This document shows positions 39,206 through 49,206 of a DNA stretch of 64,000 nucleotides, piece after piece (within the stretch, counting starts at the first letter, position 1; each line of letters opens with the position of its first letter). The stretch is taken from assembly GCA_036563615.1 (NCBI GenBank), contig DATCMB010000004.1, positions 407,293-471,292 on the forward strand. The letters run 5' to 3'. The notes under the pieces were generated by a model. The model was not told the DNA's origin and ran no database searches. It saw only the letters and a program-made list of their open reading frames with translations. Source of the stretch: Candidatus Binatia bacterium. GTDB lineage: Bacteria > Desulfobacterota > Binatia > UBA12015. The translations under genes and the position numbers were made by a program.

Positions 39206-40324
39206 TCAGCGCAGCTCGCGCAGCGCGATCTCGAGCGTCGCGACCAGCGTCAAGCCGAGGCCCTTGCGCAGGTCGTCGAACGCGAGCCAGAAGGCGAGCG
39301 CCCGCGGGTCGCGCGGCAAGGTGCGCAGCCGCGCGACGTGCACCGCCTCCGAGCCGTTGACGTCGACCGGGCCGGGCGTCTGGTCGTGCAGCAGGTCGGG
39401 CTCGTCGCCGTCGAGCTCCTCTTCGTCCTCGTCGGGCTCGGCGCTGTCGTCGTCCTCGTCCGGAAGCGTCTCCGCCCCGTCGCCCGAGCCGATGGGCGGC
39501 TCCGGCAGGACGACGCCTCGCCCCTCGCGCAGGAGCTTCGTCGCCTCGTCGAGCGTCAGCTCGTTCGCGAGCTCGACGAACACCGCCTGCGCGGTGCCGG
39601 CGAAGACCGGGATGCGCACGACGGTCGCGGCGACGTCGATCGGAGCGTCGAACAGCGTCGTGATCTCACGCGCGAGCCGACGCTCGTCGACCGACCAGCC
39701 CTCGCCCTCGAGCGACGACGGCTGCGGACGCGCGTTGAAGGCGAGCTGCTCCGGCGACTCGCGACGGTCGATGCCGCGGCCCTGCATCAGGGTGACGGAC
39801 TGGCGCGACAGCTCGTCCATCGCCTCGCGGCCGCGCAGCGAGGCGGACTCGAAGACCGTCGTGACCACGCGACGCACGGTCGCGGCCTCGTGCAGCGGCG
39901 CGAGCGCGGCCGCGAGACCGGCCGTGTGCGGCCCGGGGATCGCGAGCACGCGCTCCTTCGCGAGCTCCTTGACGCTCGCCGCGTTGACCTCCGGCAGCAC
40001 GAGCGGCGCACCGAGCTCGTCGCGCGAGAACGGCGACGCGTCGATCACGATCGCGCCCTGCTCGCGCGCCTCGGGGACGAGAGCGCGCGCGAGCTCGCCG
40101 TCGCCGAGGAACAGCGCGACGTCGACGCCGCCGAGGCTACCCGCGACGGCCGGCTCGACGCGCACGTCCCAGCCGGCCGCCTCGATCGCCTCGCCGGCGA
40201 GCGACTCGTCGGCGAGCACGCGCAGCCCCGTGAGGTCGAAGCCCCGGGCGGCGAGGACGTCGATCAGCTCGGAGGCGACCTCGGTGGTCGCGCCGACGAT
40301 CGCGATGCGCACGGCGTCGCTCAC
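39206..40324 (-). CDS. asd: Aspartate-semialdehyde dehydrogenase
   Basis: Rossmann N-terminus (IAIVGATTEVASELI) and Asd dimerisation/catalytic domain. It contains a ~35-aa poly-acidic insertion (PDEDDDSAEPDEDEEELDGDEPD). Confidence 0.8.
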   Translation of the reverse strand: MSDAVRIAIVGATTEVASELIDVLAARGFDLTGLRVLADESLAGEAIEAAGWDVRVEPAVAGSLGGVDVALFLGDGELARALVPEAREQGAIVIDASPFSRDELGAPLVLPEVNAASVKELAKERVLAIPGPHTAGLAAALAPLHEAATVRRVVTTVFESASLRGREAMDELSRQSVTLMQGRGIDRRESPEQLAFNARPQPSSLEGEGWSVDERRLAREITTLFDAPIDVAATVVRIPVFAGTAQAVFVELANELTLDEATKLLREGRGVVLPEPPIGSGDGAETLPDEDDDSAEPDEDEEELDGDEPDLLHDQTPGPVDVNGSEAVHVARLRTLPRDPRALAFWLAFDDLRKGLGLTLVATLEIALRELR

Positions 40325-40336
40325 GCTCGAAACCTC

Positions 40337-41446
40337 CTAGCCCTCGATCTCCGCGCGCACCGCGGCGCCCATCTCCTGCGTCGAGAGCGCGCGCTCGCCC
40401 GGCGCGGCGAGGTCCGCCGTGCGCAGCCCGCGCGCGAGCACGCGGTCGACCGCGCCTTCGATCATCGCGGCCCCCTCCTCGTGCGCGAGCGAGAAGCGCA
40501 GCAGCAGCGCCGCGGAAAGGATCGCGGCGAGCGGATTGGCGATGCCCTTCCCCGCGATGTCGGGCGCGCTGCCGTGGATCGGCTCGTAGAGGCCGAAGAT
40601 CGCCGTGCGCTCGCCGATCTGGCGGCGGCGCTCGCCGAGCGAGGCCGACGGCAGAAGCCCCATCGACCCGGGCAGCATCGCCGCCTCGTCGGTCAGGATG
40701 TCGCCGAACATGTTCTCGGTGACGATGACGTCGAAGTCGCGCGGTCGGCGGATCAGGTGCATCGCCATCGCGTCGACCAGCACGTCCTCGTAGGCGACGT
40801 CGGGGTTCTCGGCCGCGACCTCGTGCGCGACCTCGCGCCACAGCCGCGACGAGCTCAGCACGTTCGCCTTGTCGACCGAGGTCACCTTCTTGCGACGCCC
40901 GCGCGCGAGGTCGAACGCGACCTGCACGACCCGCCGCACCTCCTGCTCGGTGTAGAAGAGCGTGTCGACCGCCTCGCGACCGGCCTTCCCTTCGCGACGC
41001 TCGCTGGGCTTGCCGAAGTAGATGCCGCCGGTGAGCTCGCGGATCACCAGGATGTCGACGCCGCTCACCACCTCCGGCTTGAGCGTCGAGGCGGAGATCA
41101 GCGCCTCGACCGTCTTGACCGGGCGGAGGTTCGCGAACAGACCGAGCTCCTGCCGGATGCCGAGCAGCGCCTGCTCGGGACGCACCTTGGCCTTCGGGTC
41201 GTCCCACTTCGGGCCGCCGACGGCGCCGAGCAGCACGGCGTCGGACTGCTGCGCGAGGCGCAGCGTCGCCTCGGGCAGCGGGATGCCGACGTCGTCGATC
41301 GCGCGGCCGCCGATGATCGCCTCCTCGAACTCGAGGGTGAGGCCGGTGCGCTTCGCGACCGTGCGCAGGCAGGCCACGGCCTCGGCCGTCACCTCGGGGC
41401 CGATGCCGTCGCCGGGAAGGACTGCGATGCGATGGGGATGCGTCAT
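40337..41446 (-). CDS. leuB: 3-isopropylmalate dehydrogenase
   Basis: IMDH signature ([32 protein letters not shown]) and its position directly downstream of leuA. Confidence 0.9.
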   Translation of the reverse strand: MTHPHRIAVLPGDGIGPEVTAEAVACLRTVAKRTGLTLEFEEAIIGGRAIDDVGIPLPEATLRLAQQSDAVLLGAVGGPKWDDPKAKVRPEQALLGIRQELGLFANLRPVKTVEALISASTLKPEVVSGVDILVIRELTGGIYFGKPSERREGKAGREAVDTLFYTEQEVRRVVQVAFDLARGRRKKVTSVDKANVLSSSRLWREVAHEVAAENPDVAYEDVLVDAMAMHLIRRPRDFDVIVTENMFGDILTDEAAMLPGSMGLLPSASLGERRRQIGERTAIFGLYEPIHGSAPDIAGKGIANPLAAILSAALLLRFSLAHEEGAAMIEGAVDRVLARGLRTADLAAPGERALSTQEMGAAVRAEIEG

Positions 41447-41449
41447 GGC

Positions 41450-43015
<1,566 letters not shown>

Positions 43016-43087
43016 GTTCGACCCTTTCCCGCCGCGGTAGCTCGAATTGCCCGGGAGCTCACCCACCCCGCCGCTCGACCTCTAGAG

Positions 43088-43126
43088 ACAAAAACGCCAC
43101 GGGGCCAACTGTGAGCGCCCGTGGCG
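43088..43126 (-). terminator. Intrinsic terminator hairpin in the leuA leader (attenuator-like)
   Basis: The minus-strand RNA reads CGCCACGGG-(14-nt loop)-CCCGUGGCG followed by UUUUUGUCUCU, 73-110 nt upstream of the leuA ATG. Confidence 0.5.
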
Positions 43127-43455
43127 AAATCGGCGGAGCGGCGTGCTTCCCTCTTTGCGGGAAACAGCTATCCGGCCAGCGCCAGGGGCGCGCATCTAAG
43201 GGAGAGTCCCGCGAGTGCGGACCCCAGACCGGCCTGGCACCGTGCCGTGCTCATCACTCTTCGCTTAGAAGTGCGTGAGCGGCGTGTCAAGGTGACGCGC
43301 CGCGTGCTGCTTGCCGCTCCAAGGGGATCTTGGTATCGCAACTAACGCGTATTTCGGCCGTGCGGGGCAGATCGTCGGCAACCCAGTCGGCCCCTCCCGA
43401 GCCTCGGGACCGCGACGGGTGCCGCTCAGACCAACCTTCGCCACGAGGAGCGAGA

Positions 43456-44178
43456 ATGATCGAGCGATGGACAAGAGGCGTACGTCGGACGACCGTGCTT
43501 GTCGCCGCTGCAGCTCTGCTGACGCCGGCAATCGCCACGGCACAGGGAAAGATCACGGGTAAGGTCAAGTTCGAGGGCACGCCGCCTGCGCCGGCGAAGC
43601 TCAAGATGGACGCCGATCCCGTGTGCGCGCAGGCCCACCCGGACGGCGCCGTCTCCGAGGACATCGTCGTCGGCGAGGGTGGCGGTCTGCAGAACGTGTT
43701 CGTGTACCTCAAGGAAGTGCCGGGCGACTTCCCCGCGAAGACCGAGCCGGCCGTGATCGATCAGAAGGGCTGCCTCTACACGCCGCGCGTCATCGGCCTG
43801 CAGACCGGCCAGCCGCTCAAGTTCCTCAACAGCGACCCGACGCTGCACAACGTGCACGGCATGCCGAAGAACAACCCGGGCTGGAACTTCGCCATGCCGA
43901 AGTTCGTCAAGCAGAAGGAAACCAAGGACCTGACCAAGCCCGAGGTCATGGTCGCCGTCAAGTGCGACGTCCACCCGTGGATGGCGGGCTACATCGGCGT
44001 CCTGCCGCACCCCTTCTTCGCGGTCACCGGCAACGACGGCAGCTTCACGATCGAGAACGTCCCGCCGGGCGAGTACGAGATCATCGCCTGGCAGGAGAAG
44101 CTCGGCACGCAGAGCGGAAAGGTGAAGGTCGACGCGGGCGGCACCGCCACCAGCGACTTCACCTTCAAGGCGTCCTGA
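43456..44178 (+). CDS. Periplasmic type-1 (blue) copper protein, cupredoxin fold with a C-terminal carboxypeptidase-regulatory-like beta domain
   Basis: Signal peptide, His ligand (LHNVHG), and a C-x2-H-x2-M copper site (KCDVHPWMAGY) matching amicyanin/plastocyanin-type ligand spacing. The ATG at 43456 is preceded by GGAGGA. Confidence 0.7.
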   Translation: MIERWTRGVRRTTVLVAAAALLTPAIATAQGKITGKVKFEGTPPAPAKLKMDADPVCAQAHPDGAVSEDIVVGEGGGLQNVFVYLKEVPGDFPAKTEPAVIDQKGCLYTPRVIGLQTGQPLKFLNSDPTLHNVHGMPKNNPGWNFAMPKFVKQKETKDLTKPEVMVAVKCDVHPWMAGYIGVLPHPFFAVTGNDGSFTIENVPPGEYEIIAWQEKLGTQSGKVKVDAGGTATSDFTFKAS

Positions 44179-44211
44179 CGACCCGAGACGTTCTACACCC
44201 GAGCTGAACCC

Positions 44212-44511
44212 GTGCAGGCCGCGTTGTTCTGGCTGACCGGGGGCGCGTTCTTCGCGCTCCAGCTCGGGATGTTGCTGTACCTTCTCTACGCGAGGCCCGC
44301 GGCGGGCCTCGCCTCCGGCGACGGACGCCGGCACCGCGACGAGATCGTCTGGACGCTGGTGCCGGCGTCGCTCGTCGTCGCCATTGCGCTGATGGTGACG
44401 GGGCTGACGGCCGCGCCGTGGTCGCGCGTCCGCACCGCGAGCGCTCCGGACATGGCGGTCGAGGCCAAGCTGCACGGGATCCAGCTCGTGCACCGCGCCG
44501 CATCGAGGTAG
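44212..44511 (+). CDS. Cytochrome c oxidase subunit II-like transmembrane hairpin protein (lacks the CuA domain)
   Basis: Two TM helices in which TM2 carries the subunit-II signature (RDEIVWTLVPASLVVAIAL; compare canonical LEIIWTIIPAIIL). The protein ends ~40 aa after TM2. Confidence 0.5.
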   Translation: MQAALFWLTGGAFFALQLGMLLYLLYARPAAGLASGDGRRHRDEIVWTLVPASLVVAIALMVTGLTAAPWSRVRTASAPDMAVEAKLHGIQLVHRAASR

Positions 44512-44516
44512 TTGCG

Positions 44517-45407
44517 ATGCAGCGAAGCATGGCCCTGGCCACGCCGACGTCCCGCTTCTCCGACTACGTGGAGCTGGCGAAGCCGCGCATCACGCTGATG
44601 GTGGTCCTCACCACGGCGGCCGGCTTCTACCTCGGCGCGCGACCGTCGGTCGACTTCCTCGCCCTGCTGCACACGCTGCTCGGCACGAGCCTGGTCGCGT
44701 CGGCGGCGAGCGCGCTCAACCAGGTCCTCGAGCGCGACACCGACGCGCGGATGGAGCGCACCCGCACCCGTCCCATTCCGGCGGGTCGCATCGAGCCCGG
44801 CACCGCGCTCGGCTTCGGCATCGCGCTCGCGATCATCGGTGGCGTGTACCTGGCGGCCGCGGTGAACGTGCTCACCGCGACCGTCGGCATCGTCACGCTG
44901 CTGCTGTACGTGCTCGTCTACACGCCGCTCAAGCGCTACTCGTCGCTGTGCACGATCGTCGGCGCGGTGCCCGGCGCCCTGCCCCCGGTCATGGGCTGGA
45001 CGGCGGCGACCGGCGTGCTGAGCGCCGAGGCCTGGGTGCTGTTCGGGATCCTGTTCTTCTGGCAGCTGCCGCACTTCCTCGCGATCGCCTGGAACCACCG
45101 CGAGGACTACGCGCGCGGCGACCAGCCGATGCTGCCGGTCGCGGATCCGAGCGGCGCGAGCACCGCGCGGCAGATCGTCCTCTACTGCATGGCGCTGATC
45201 CCGGTCAGCCTCGCGCCCACGATCATGCACCTCACTGGCGAGCTCTACTTCTACGGCGCGCTGCTGCTCGGCGTCGCGTACCTGCTCGCGGGCATCCACG
45301 CCGCGCGCAAGCTCACGCGCGACGCCGCGCTGACGCTGCTGCGTGTCTCGGTGATCTACTTGCCAGCGCTGCTCGCGCTGATGACCTTCGACAAGGTGCC
45401 GCTCTGA
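44517..45407 (+). CDS. ctaB: Protoheme IX farnesyltransferase (heme O synthase)
   Basis: UbiA-family motifs (ALNQVLERDTDARMERTRTRPIPAGRI, YTPLKRYS, FFWQLPHFLAIAW). The ATG at 44517 is verified. Confidence 0.9.
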   Translation: MQRSMALATPTSRFSDYVELAKPRITLMVVLTTAAGFYLGARPSVDFLALLHTLLGTSLVASAASALNQVLERDTDARMERTRTRPIPAGRIEPGTALGFGIALAIIGGVYLAAAVNVLTATVGIVTLLLYVLVYTPLKRYSSLCTIVGAVPGALPPVMGWTAATGVLSAEAWVLFGILFFWQLPHFLAIAWNHREDYARGDQPMLPVADPSGASTARQIVLYCMALIPVSLAPTIMHLTGELYFYGALLLGVAYLLAGIHAARKLTRDAALTLLRVSVIYLPALLALMTFDKVPL

Positions 45408-46366
45408 ACGAGGCGGCCTCCGGGTACACCGGACAGCAAGACGAGATCCTCGCGGTCGACGGGCTGCGCCACAGCTACGGCGACACGCTCGCGCTCGACG
45501 GGCTCTCGTTCACGGTGCGGCGCGGCGAGATCTTCGGCCTGCTCGGTCCGAACGGCGGCGGCAAGACGACGCTGTTCCGCATCCTGTCGACGCTGCTCGC
45601 CCCGACCGGGGGCCGTGCCTCGATCGGCGGGCACGACGTCGTGCGCGAGCCGCACGCGGTACGACGTCAGATCGGCGTCGTGTTCCAGTCGCCGAGCCTC
45701 GACGTCAAGCTGACCGTCCGCGAGAACATGCGTCACCAGGGCCACCTGTACGGCCTCTCCGGCGCGGCCCTCGAGGAGCGCATCGACGAGATGCTCGGAC
45801 GCGTCGCGATGCGCGACCGCGCCGACGCGCGCGTCGAGACCCTGTCCGGCGGCATGCGGCGCCGCGTCGACCTCGCCAAGGGTCTGCTGCACCGCCCTGC
45901 CCTCGTCCTGCTCGACGAGCCGACCACCGGCCTCGACCCAGGCGCGCGCCTCGACCTCTGGGAGTACGTGCGCGAGGCGCGCGAGCGCGACGGCCTCTCG
46001 GTGCTGATCACGACGCACCTGATGGAGGACGCCGAGCGCTGCGATCGCCTGCTGATCATCGACCGCGGTCGCATCGTCGCTCTCGACACGCCGGACGTGC
46101 TGCGCGACAGCGTCGGCGGCGACGTGATCGTCGCCCGCACGCGCGATCCCGCGGCGCTCGCCGCGAAGGTCCGCGAGCGCTTCGGCCAGGAGGCGAGCGT
46201 CGTCGACGGCACCGTGCACATCCGACGCCCGCGCGGCCACGAGTTCGTGCCCGCGCTGTTCGACGCCTTCCCCGGCCAGATCGAGGCGGTCAGCGTCGGC
46301 AAGCCGACCCTCGAGGACGTTTTCATCCAGCGCACCGGGCATCGCCTGTGGGACAGTGAGCGCTGA
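45404..46366 (+). CDS. ABC transporter ATP-binding protein (NosF/CcmA-like ABC-2 subfamily)
   Basis: Walker A (GPNGGGKTT), signature (LSGGMRRRVDLAKGL) and Walker B (LVLLDEPTTGLD). The start is uncertain (CTG at 45404 overlapping the ctaB stop; no nearby in-frame ATG or GTG). Confidence 0.75.
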   Translation: MNEAASGYTGQQDEILAVDGLRHSYGDTLALDGLSFTVRRGEIFGLLGPNGGGKTTLFRILSTLLAPTGGRASIGGHDVVREPHAVRRQIGVVFQSPSLDVKLTVRENMRHQGHLYGLSGAALEERIDEMLGRVAMRDRADARVETLSGGMRRRVDLAKGLLHRPALVLLDEPTTGLDPGARLDLWEYVREARERDGLSVLITTHLMEDAERCDRLLIIDRGRIVALDTPDVLRDSVGGDVIVARTRDPAALAAKVRERFGQEASVVDGTVHIRRPRGHEFVPALFDAFPGQIEAVSVGKPTLEDVFIQRTGHRLWDSER

Positions 46367-46378
46367 GGGGCTTTCGCT

Positions 46379-47182
46379 ATGATGCGTCCCATGGACACGC
46401 TGATCCGCCCGACGCTGACCCTGTGGCAGCGGGAGATCGTGCGCTTCTACCGCCAGCGGAGCCGCATCGTCGGCGCGCTCGCGACGCCGGTGCTGTTCTG
46501 GATGCTGCTGGGCTCGGGCTTCGCAGAGTCCTTCCGTCCGGCCGGCAGCGAGGGTGTCGGCTACGCGGAGTACTTCTACCCGGGCACGATCGTGCTGGTG
46601 GTGCTGTTCACCGCGATCTTCTCGACGATCTCGGTGATCGAGGATCGGCGCGAGGGCTTCCTGCAGGCGGTGCTCGTGGCCCCCGTCGCGCGCTCGACCA
46701 TCGTGCTCGGCAAGATCCTCGGCGGCACGACGCTCGCGCTCGGGCAAGCGCTGCTGCTGCTCGCCGCGGCCCCGCTGCTCGGGCTGCGGCTCGGCGTCTT
46801 CGACCTCGTGCTGGCGGTCGCGGTGCTCTTCGTCGTCGCATTCGCGCTCACCACGCTGGGCTTCCTGATCGCGTGGCGGATGGACTCGACGCAGGGCTTC
46901 CACGCGATCATGAACCTCGTGCTGATCCCGATGTGGCTGCTGTCGGGCGCGTTCTTTCCGGCGGCGGGCGCGTCGCCCTGGCTGCGCGCTCTGATGATGC
47001 TGAACCCGCTGACCTACGGCGTCGCGGCGCTACGCCGTTGCCTGTACGCCGGCACGGCGACCGTCGGCGCGGACGTGCCGGCGCTCGCGCTGTCGCTGCT
47101 CGTCACGTGTGCGTTTGCGGCGCTGACCTTCCTCGCGGCCCGCGCCCTCGCCTCGCGGCCGCTCGACGTGGGGCTCGCGTGA
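46379..47182 (+). CDS. ABC-2 type transporter permease
   Basis: Six TM helices and an ABC-2 family profile, co-transcribed downstream of the ATPase. Confidence 0.75.
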   Translation: MMRPMDTLIRPTLTLWQREIVRFYRQRSRIVGALATPVLFWMLLGSGFAESFRPAGSEGVGYAEYFYPGTIVLVVLFTAIFSTISVIEDRREGFLQAVLVAPVARSTIVLGKILGGTTLALGQALLLLAAAPLLGLRLGVFDLVLAVAVLFVVAFALTTLGFLIAWRMDSTQGFHAIMNLVLIPMWLLSGAFFPAAGASPWLRALMMLNPLTYGVAALRRCLYAGTATVGADVPALALSLLVTCAFAALTFLAARALASRPLDVGLA

Positions 47183-47856
47183 CGGTCGCGAGCGAGAGCC
47201 GCCGCATCGGGCCCGCGGCCGGCGCGAGGCGCTCCTCGGCTGCCCGGACGGGTCTCGTGCTCGCCGCGCTGCTGCTGGTCGCAGGCGGCGCGTCGCTGTG
47301 GTTCAGCGTGACGGCGCGCCGCGCGAGCGACGAGCCGCTGCCGGTGCTCTCGACCGTGCCCGACTTCTCGTTGATCGAGGCGTCGGGCCGTCCGATCACG
47401 CGCCAGGACCTCGCCGGCAACCCGTGGGTCGCGGACCTCGTGTTCACGCACTGCGCGGCGATCTGCCCGATGATGACCGCGGAGATGTCGCGCCTCGTGC
47501 AGCAGAGCGACGACGTCCCGGAGGTCAAGTTCGTCTCGATCAGCGTCGACCCCGAGCGCGACACGCCCGAGGTGCTCACCGCTTACGCCGAGCGCCACGG
47601 CGCCGACCGCTCGCGCTGGCTCTTCCTCACCGGCGACGAGACGGAGATCCGCCGCCTCGCGCTCGAGGGGCTGCGGCTCCCGGTCGCCGACGGCAACGTC
47701 GCGGCGGGCGAGGATCCGATCCTGCACAGCCAGCGCTTCGTCCTGGTCGACGCGGAGTCGCGCGTGCGCGGCACGTACGACGTGCGCGACCCGGAGGCGA
47801 TGCTGAAGCTGCGCGGCGACCTGCGCCGCGTGCGCGACGAGCAGCGCGCGCGCTGA
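47179..47856 (+). CDS. SCO1/SenC family copper chaperone (thioredoxin-fold)
   Basis: N-terminal TM anchor, CxxxC copper-binding motif (FTHCAAICP) and a conserved His region. The GTG start overlaps the permease stop (GTGA). Confidence 0.8.
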   Translation: MTVASESRRIGPAAGARRSSAARTGLVLAALLLVAGGASLWFSVTARRASDEPLPVLSTVPDFSLIEASGRPITRQDLAGNPWVADLVFTHCAAICPMMTAEMSRLVQQSDDVPEVKFVSISVDPERDTPEVLTAYAERHGADRSRWLFLTGDETEIRRLALEGLRLPVADGNVAAGEDPILHSQRFVLVDAESRVRGTYDVRDPEAMLKLRGDLRRVRDEQRAR

Positions 47857-47883
47857 AGCGCGCTCCCCTGGCCCGTCAGCTCC

Positions 47884-48144
47884 TCAGCTCGTCGCGCGCT
47901 GCGCGTCGCGCTCGCGGATGCGGGCTTCCTGCTTCTTGATCGCCCGGTAGATCGCGAAGCCGGCGCTACCGACGATCAGCGGCGGCAGCAGCAGCATCAG
48001 GGTCACGCCGAAGAAGAAGCCGCTCGTCCACTCGTTCTCCTGCCCACCGAAGCAGACCGCGCACGCGCTCGCGACGCGCGGGTCGGCGACGAGCGCGGCG
48101 AGCAGAGCGCCCAGCGTGGCGCGGCGTGGCGTCACGGCGTGCAT
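47884..48144 (-). CDS. Small secreted/membrane protein with CxxC motif (86 aa), hypothetical
   Basis: Signal-like N-terminus, CAVC, and one C-terminal TM helix. GC3 bias is host-like, and the ATG overlaps the upstream subunit IV stop by 1 nt (TGATG). Confidence 0.4.
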   Translation of the reverse strand: MHAVTPRRATLGALLAALVADPRVASACAVCFGGQENEWTSGFFFGVTLMLLLPPLIVGSAGFAIYRAIKKQEARIRERDAQRATS

Positions 48145-48563
48145 CAGTGCGCCGACGCGCCCGCAGGGGCGGACGCCGGGTAGTGCCCGTGCGACACCGC
48201 TTCGAGCTCGTGCGCCGCGCGGCGGGCAGCGTCCTCGAGCGGGTGGATGCCGATGTCCGGCAGCACGAAGACGATCAGGATCAGCACCAGCGCGAGGCAG
48301 ACCGCGACCGACCAGTTGATCAGCTTCCCCTCGCCGCGCAGGTGCATGAAGAAGGCCGCGATCAGGAAGACCTTCGCCGCCGCGATCACCAGCGCGATCA
48401 CGACGCCCGCCGCGTGCGGCAGGTTCATGTACGCGACGCCGACCGTCATCAGCGTCAGCACGGCGAGACAGCCGAAGATGATGAGGTAGGTCCGCACCTC
48501 CGAGGACTTGTCGACCCCCTCGTGCTTGACGCCGGATCCGTGCGTGGTGGCCTTGGCGCTCAT
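48144..48563 (-). CDS. Cytochrome c oxidase subunit IV (prokaryotic CoxD/CtaF-type)
   Basis: Three TM helices with the FFMHL motif typical of the bacterial subunit IV family, immediately downstream of subunit III. Confidence 0.65.
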   Translation of the reverse strand: MSAKATTHGSGVKHEGVDKSSEVRTYLIIFGCLAVLTLMTVGVAYMNLPHAAGVVIALVIAAAKVFLIAAFFMHLRGEGKLINWSVAVCLALVLILIVFVLPDIGIHPLEDAARRAAHELEAVSHGHYPASAPAGASAH

Positions 48564-48579
48564 CGCGAAATCCTCCTGC

Positions 48580-49161
48580 TCAGAGCAGGTAGAGAATGGG
48601 GAACAGGATCACCCACACCAGGTCGACGAAGTGCCAATAGAGGCCGGCGCACTCGACCCGGTCGTGGTTCTCCGGGGTGAACCGTCCGCGCAGCCCGGCG
48701 ACCAGGATGTACAGCATCAGCACGAGCCCGCCCGTGACGTGCAGCACGTGGAGCCCGGTCAGCGTGTAGTAGAACGAGCCGAAGAGGTTGCTCGACAGCG
48801 TGATGCCCTCTTCCCACTTGTGGTGGTACTCGTAGGCCTTGACGATCAGGAAGATCAGCCCGCCGCCGATCGTGCAGCCGATCCAGCGCGCGAAGCGCTG
48901 CACGTTGCCTTCCTGGATCGCGGCCAGCGCGAGCACCATCGTCACGGAGCTGGTGATCAGCGCGAACGTGTTGAAGGTCGCGAGCGGCACCCCCATCATC
49001 GAGCGCGGCGGCACCACCATGTGCGCGCTGCCGCTGCGCAGAATGACGTAGGCGCTGATCAGCCCACCGAACAGCATGATCTCGGACGCGAGGAACGTCC
49101 ACGTCCCGAGCTTAGCGTTCGAGATGCCGGTGTTGGTCTCGGCAATGGCGGCTGTGCTCAA
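48580..49161 (-). CDS. ctaE: Cytochrome c oxidase subunit III
   Basis: Subunit III conserved blocks (GSFYYTLTGLHVLHVTGG, YWHFVDLVWVILFPILYL). Confidence 0.85.
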   Translation of the reverse strand: MSTAAIAETNTGISNAKLGTWTFLASEIMLFGGLISAYVILRSGSAHMVVPPRSMMGVPLATFNTFALITSSVTMVLALAAIQEGNVQRFARWIGCTIGGGLIFLIVKAYEYHHKWEEGITLSSNLFGSFYYTLTGLHVLHVTGGLVLMLYILVAGLRGRFTPENHDRVECAGLYWHFVDLVWVILFPILYLL

Positions 49162-49206
49162 TTTCGCACTCCTGTCGGTTTGCGTCGCGAGCAGCCGAGC
49201 GCGCGC

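Noticed and set aside
43168..43254. 28-codon Leu-containing ORF in the leuA leader considered as a separate CDS feature.
   Set aside because: Leu codons are not consecutive, and Leu is abundant at this GC anyway. It is reported only as part of the attenuator hypothesis, not as an annotated gene.
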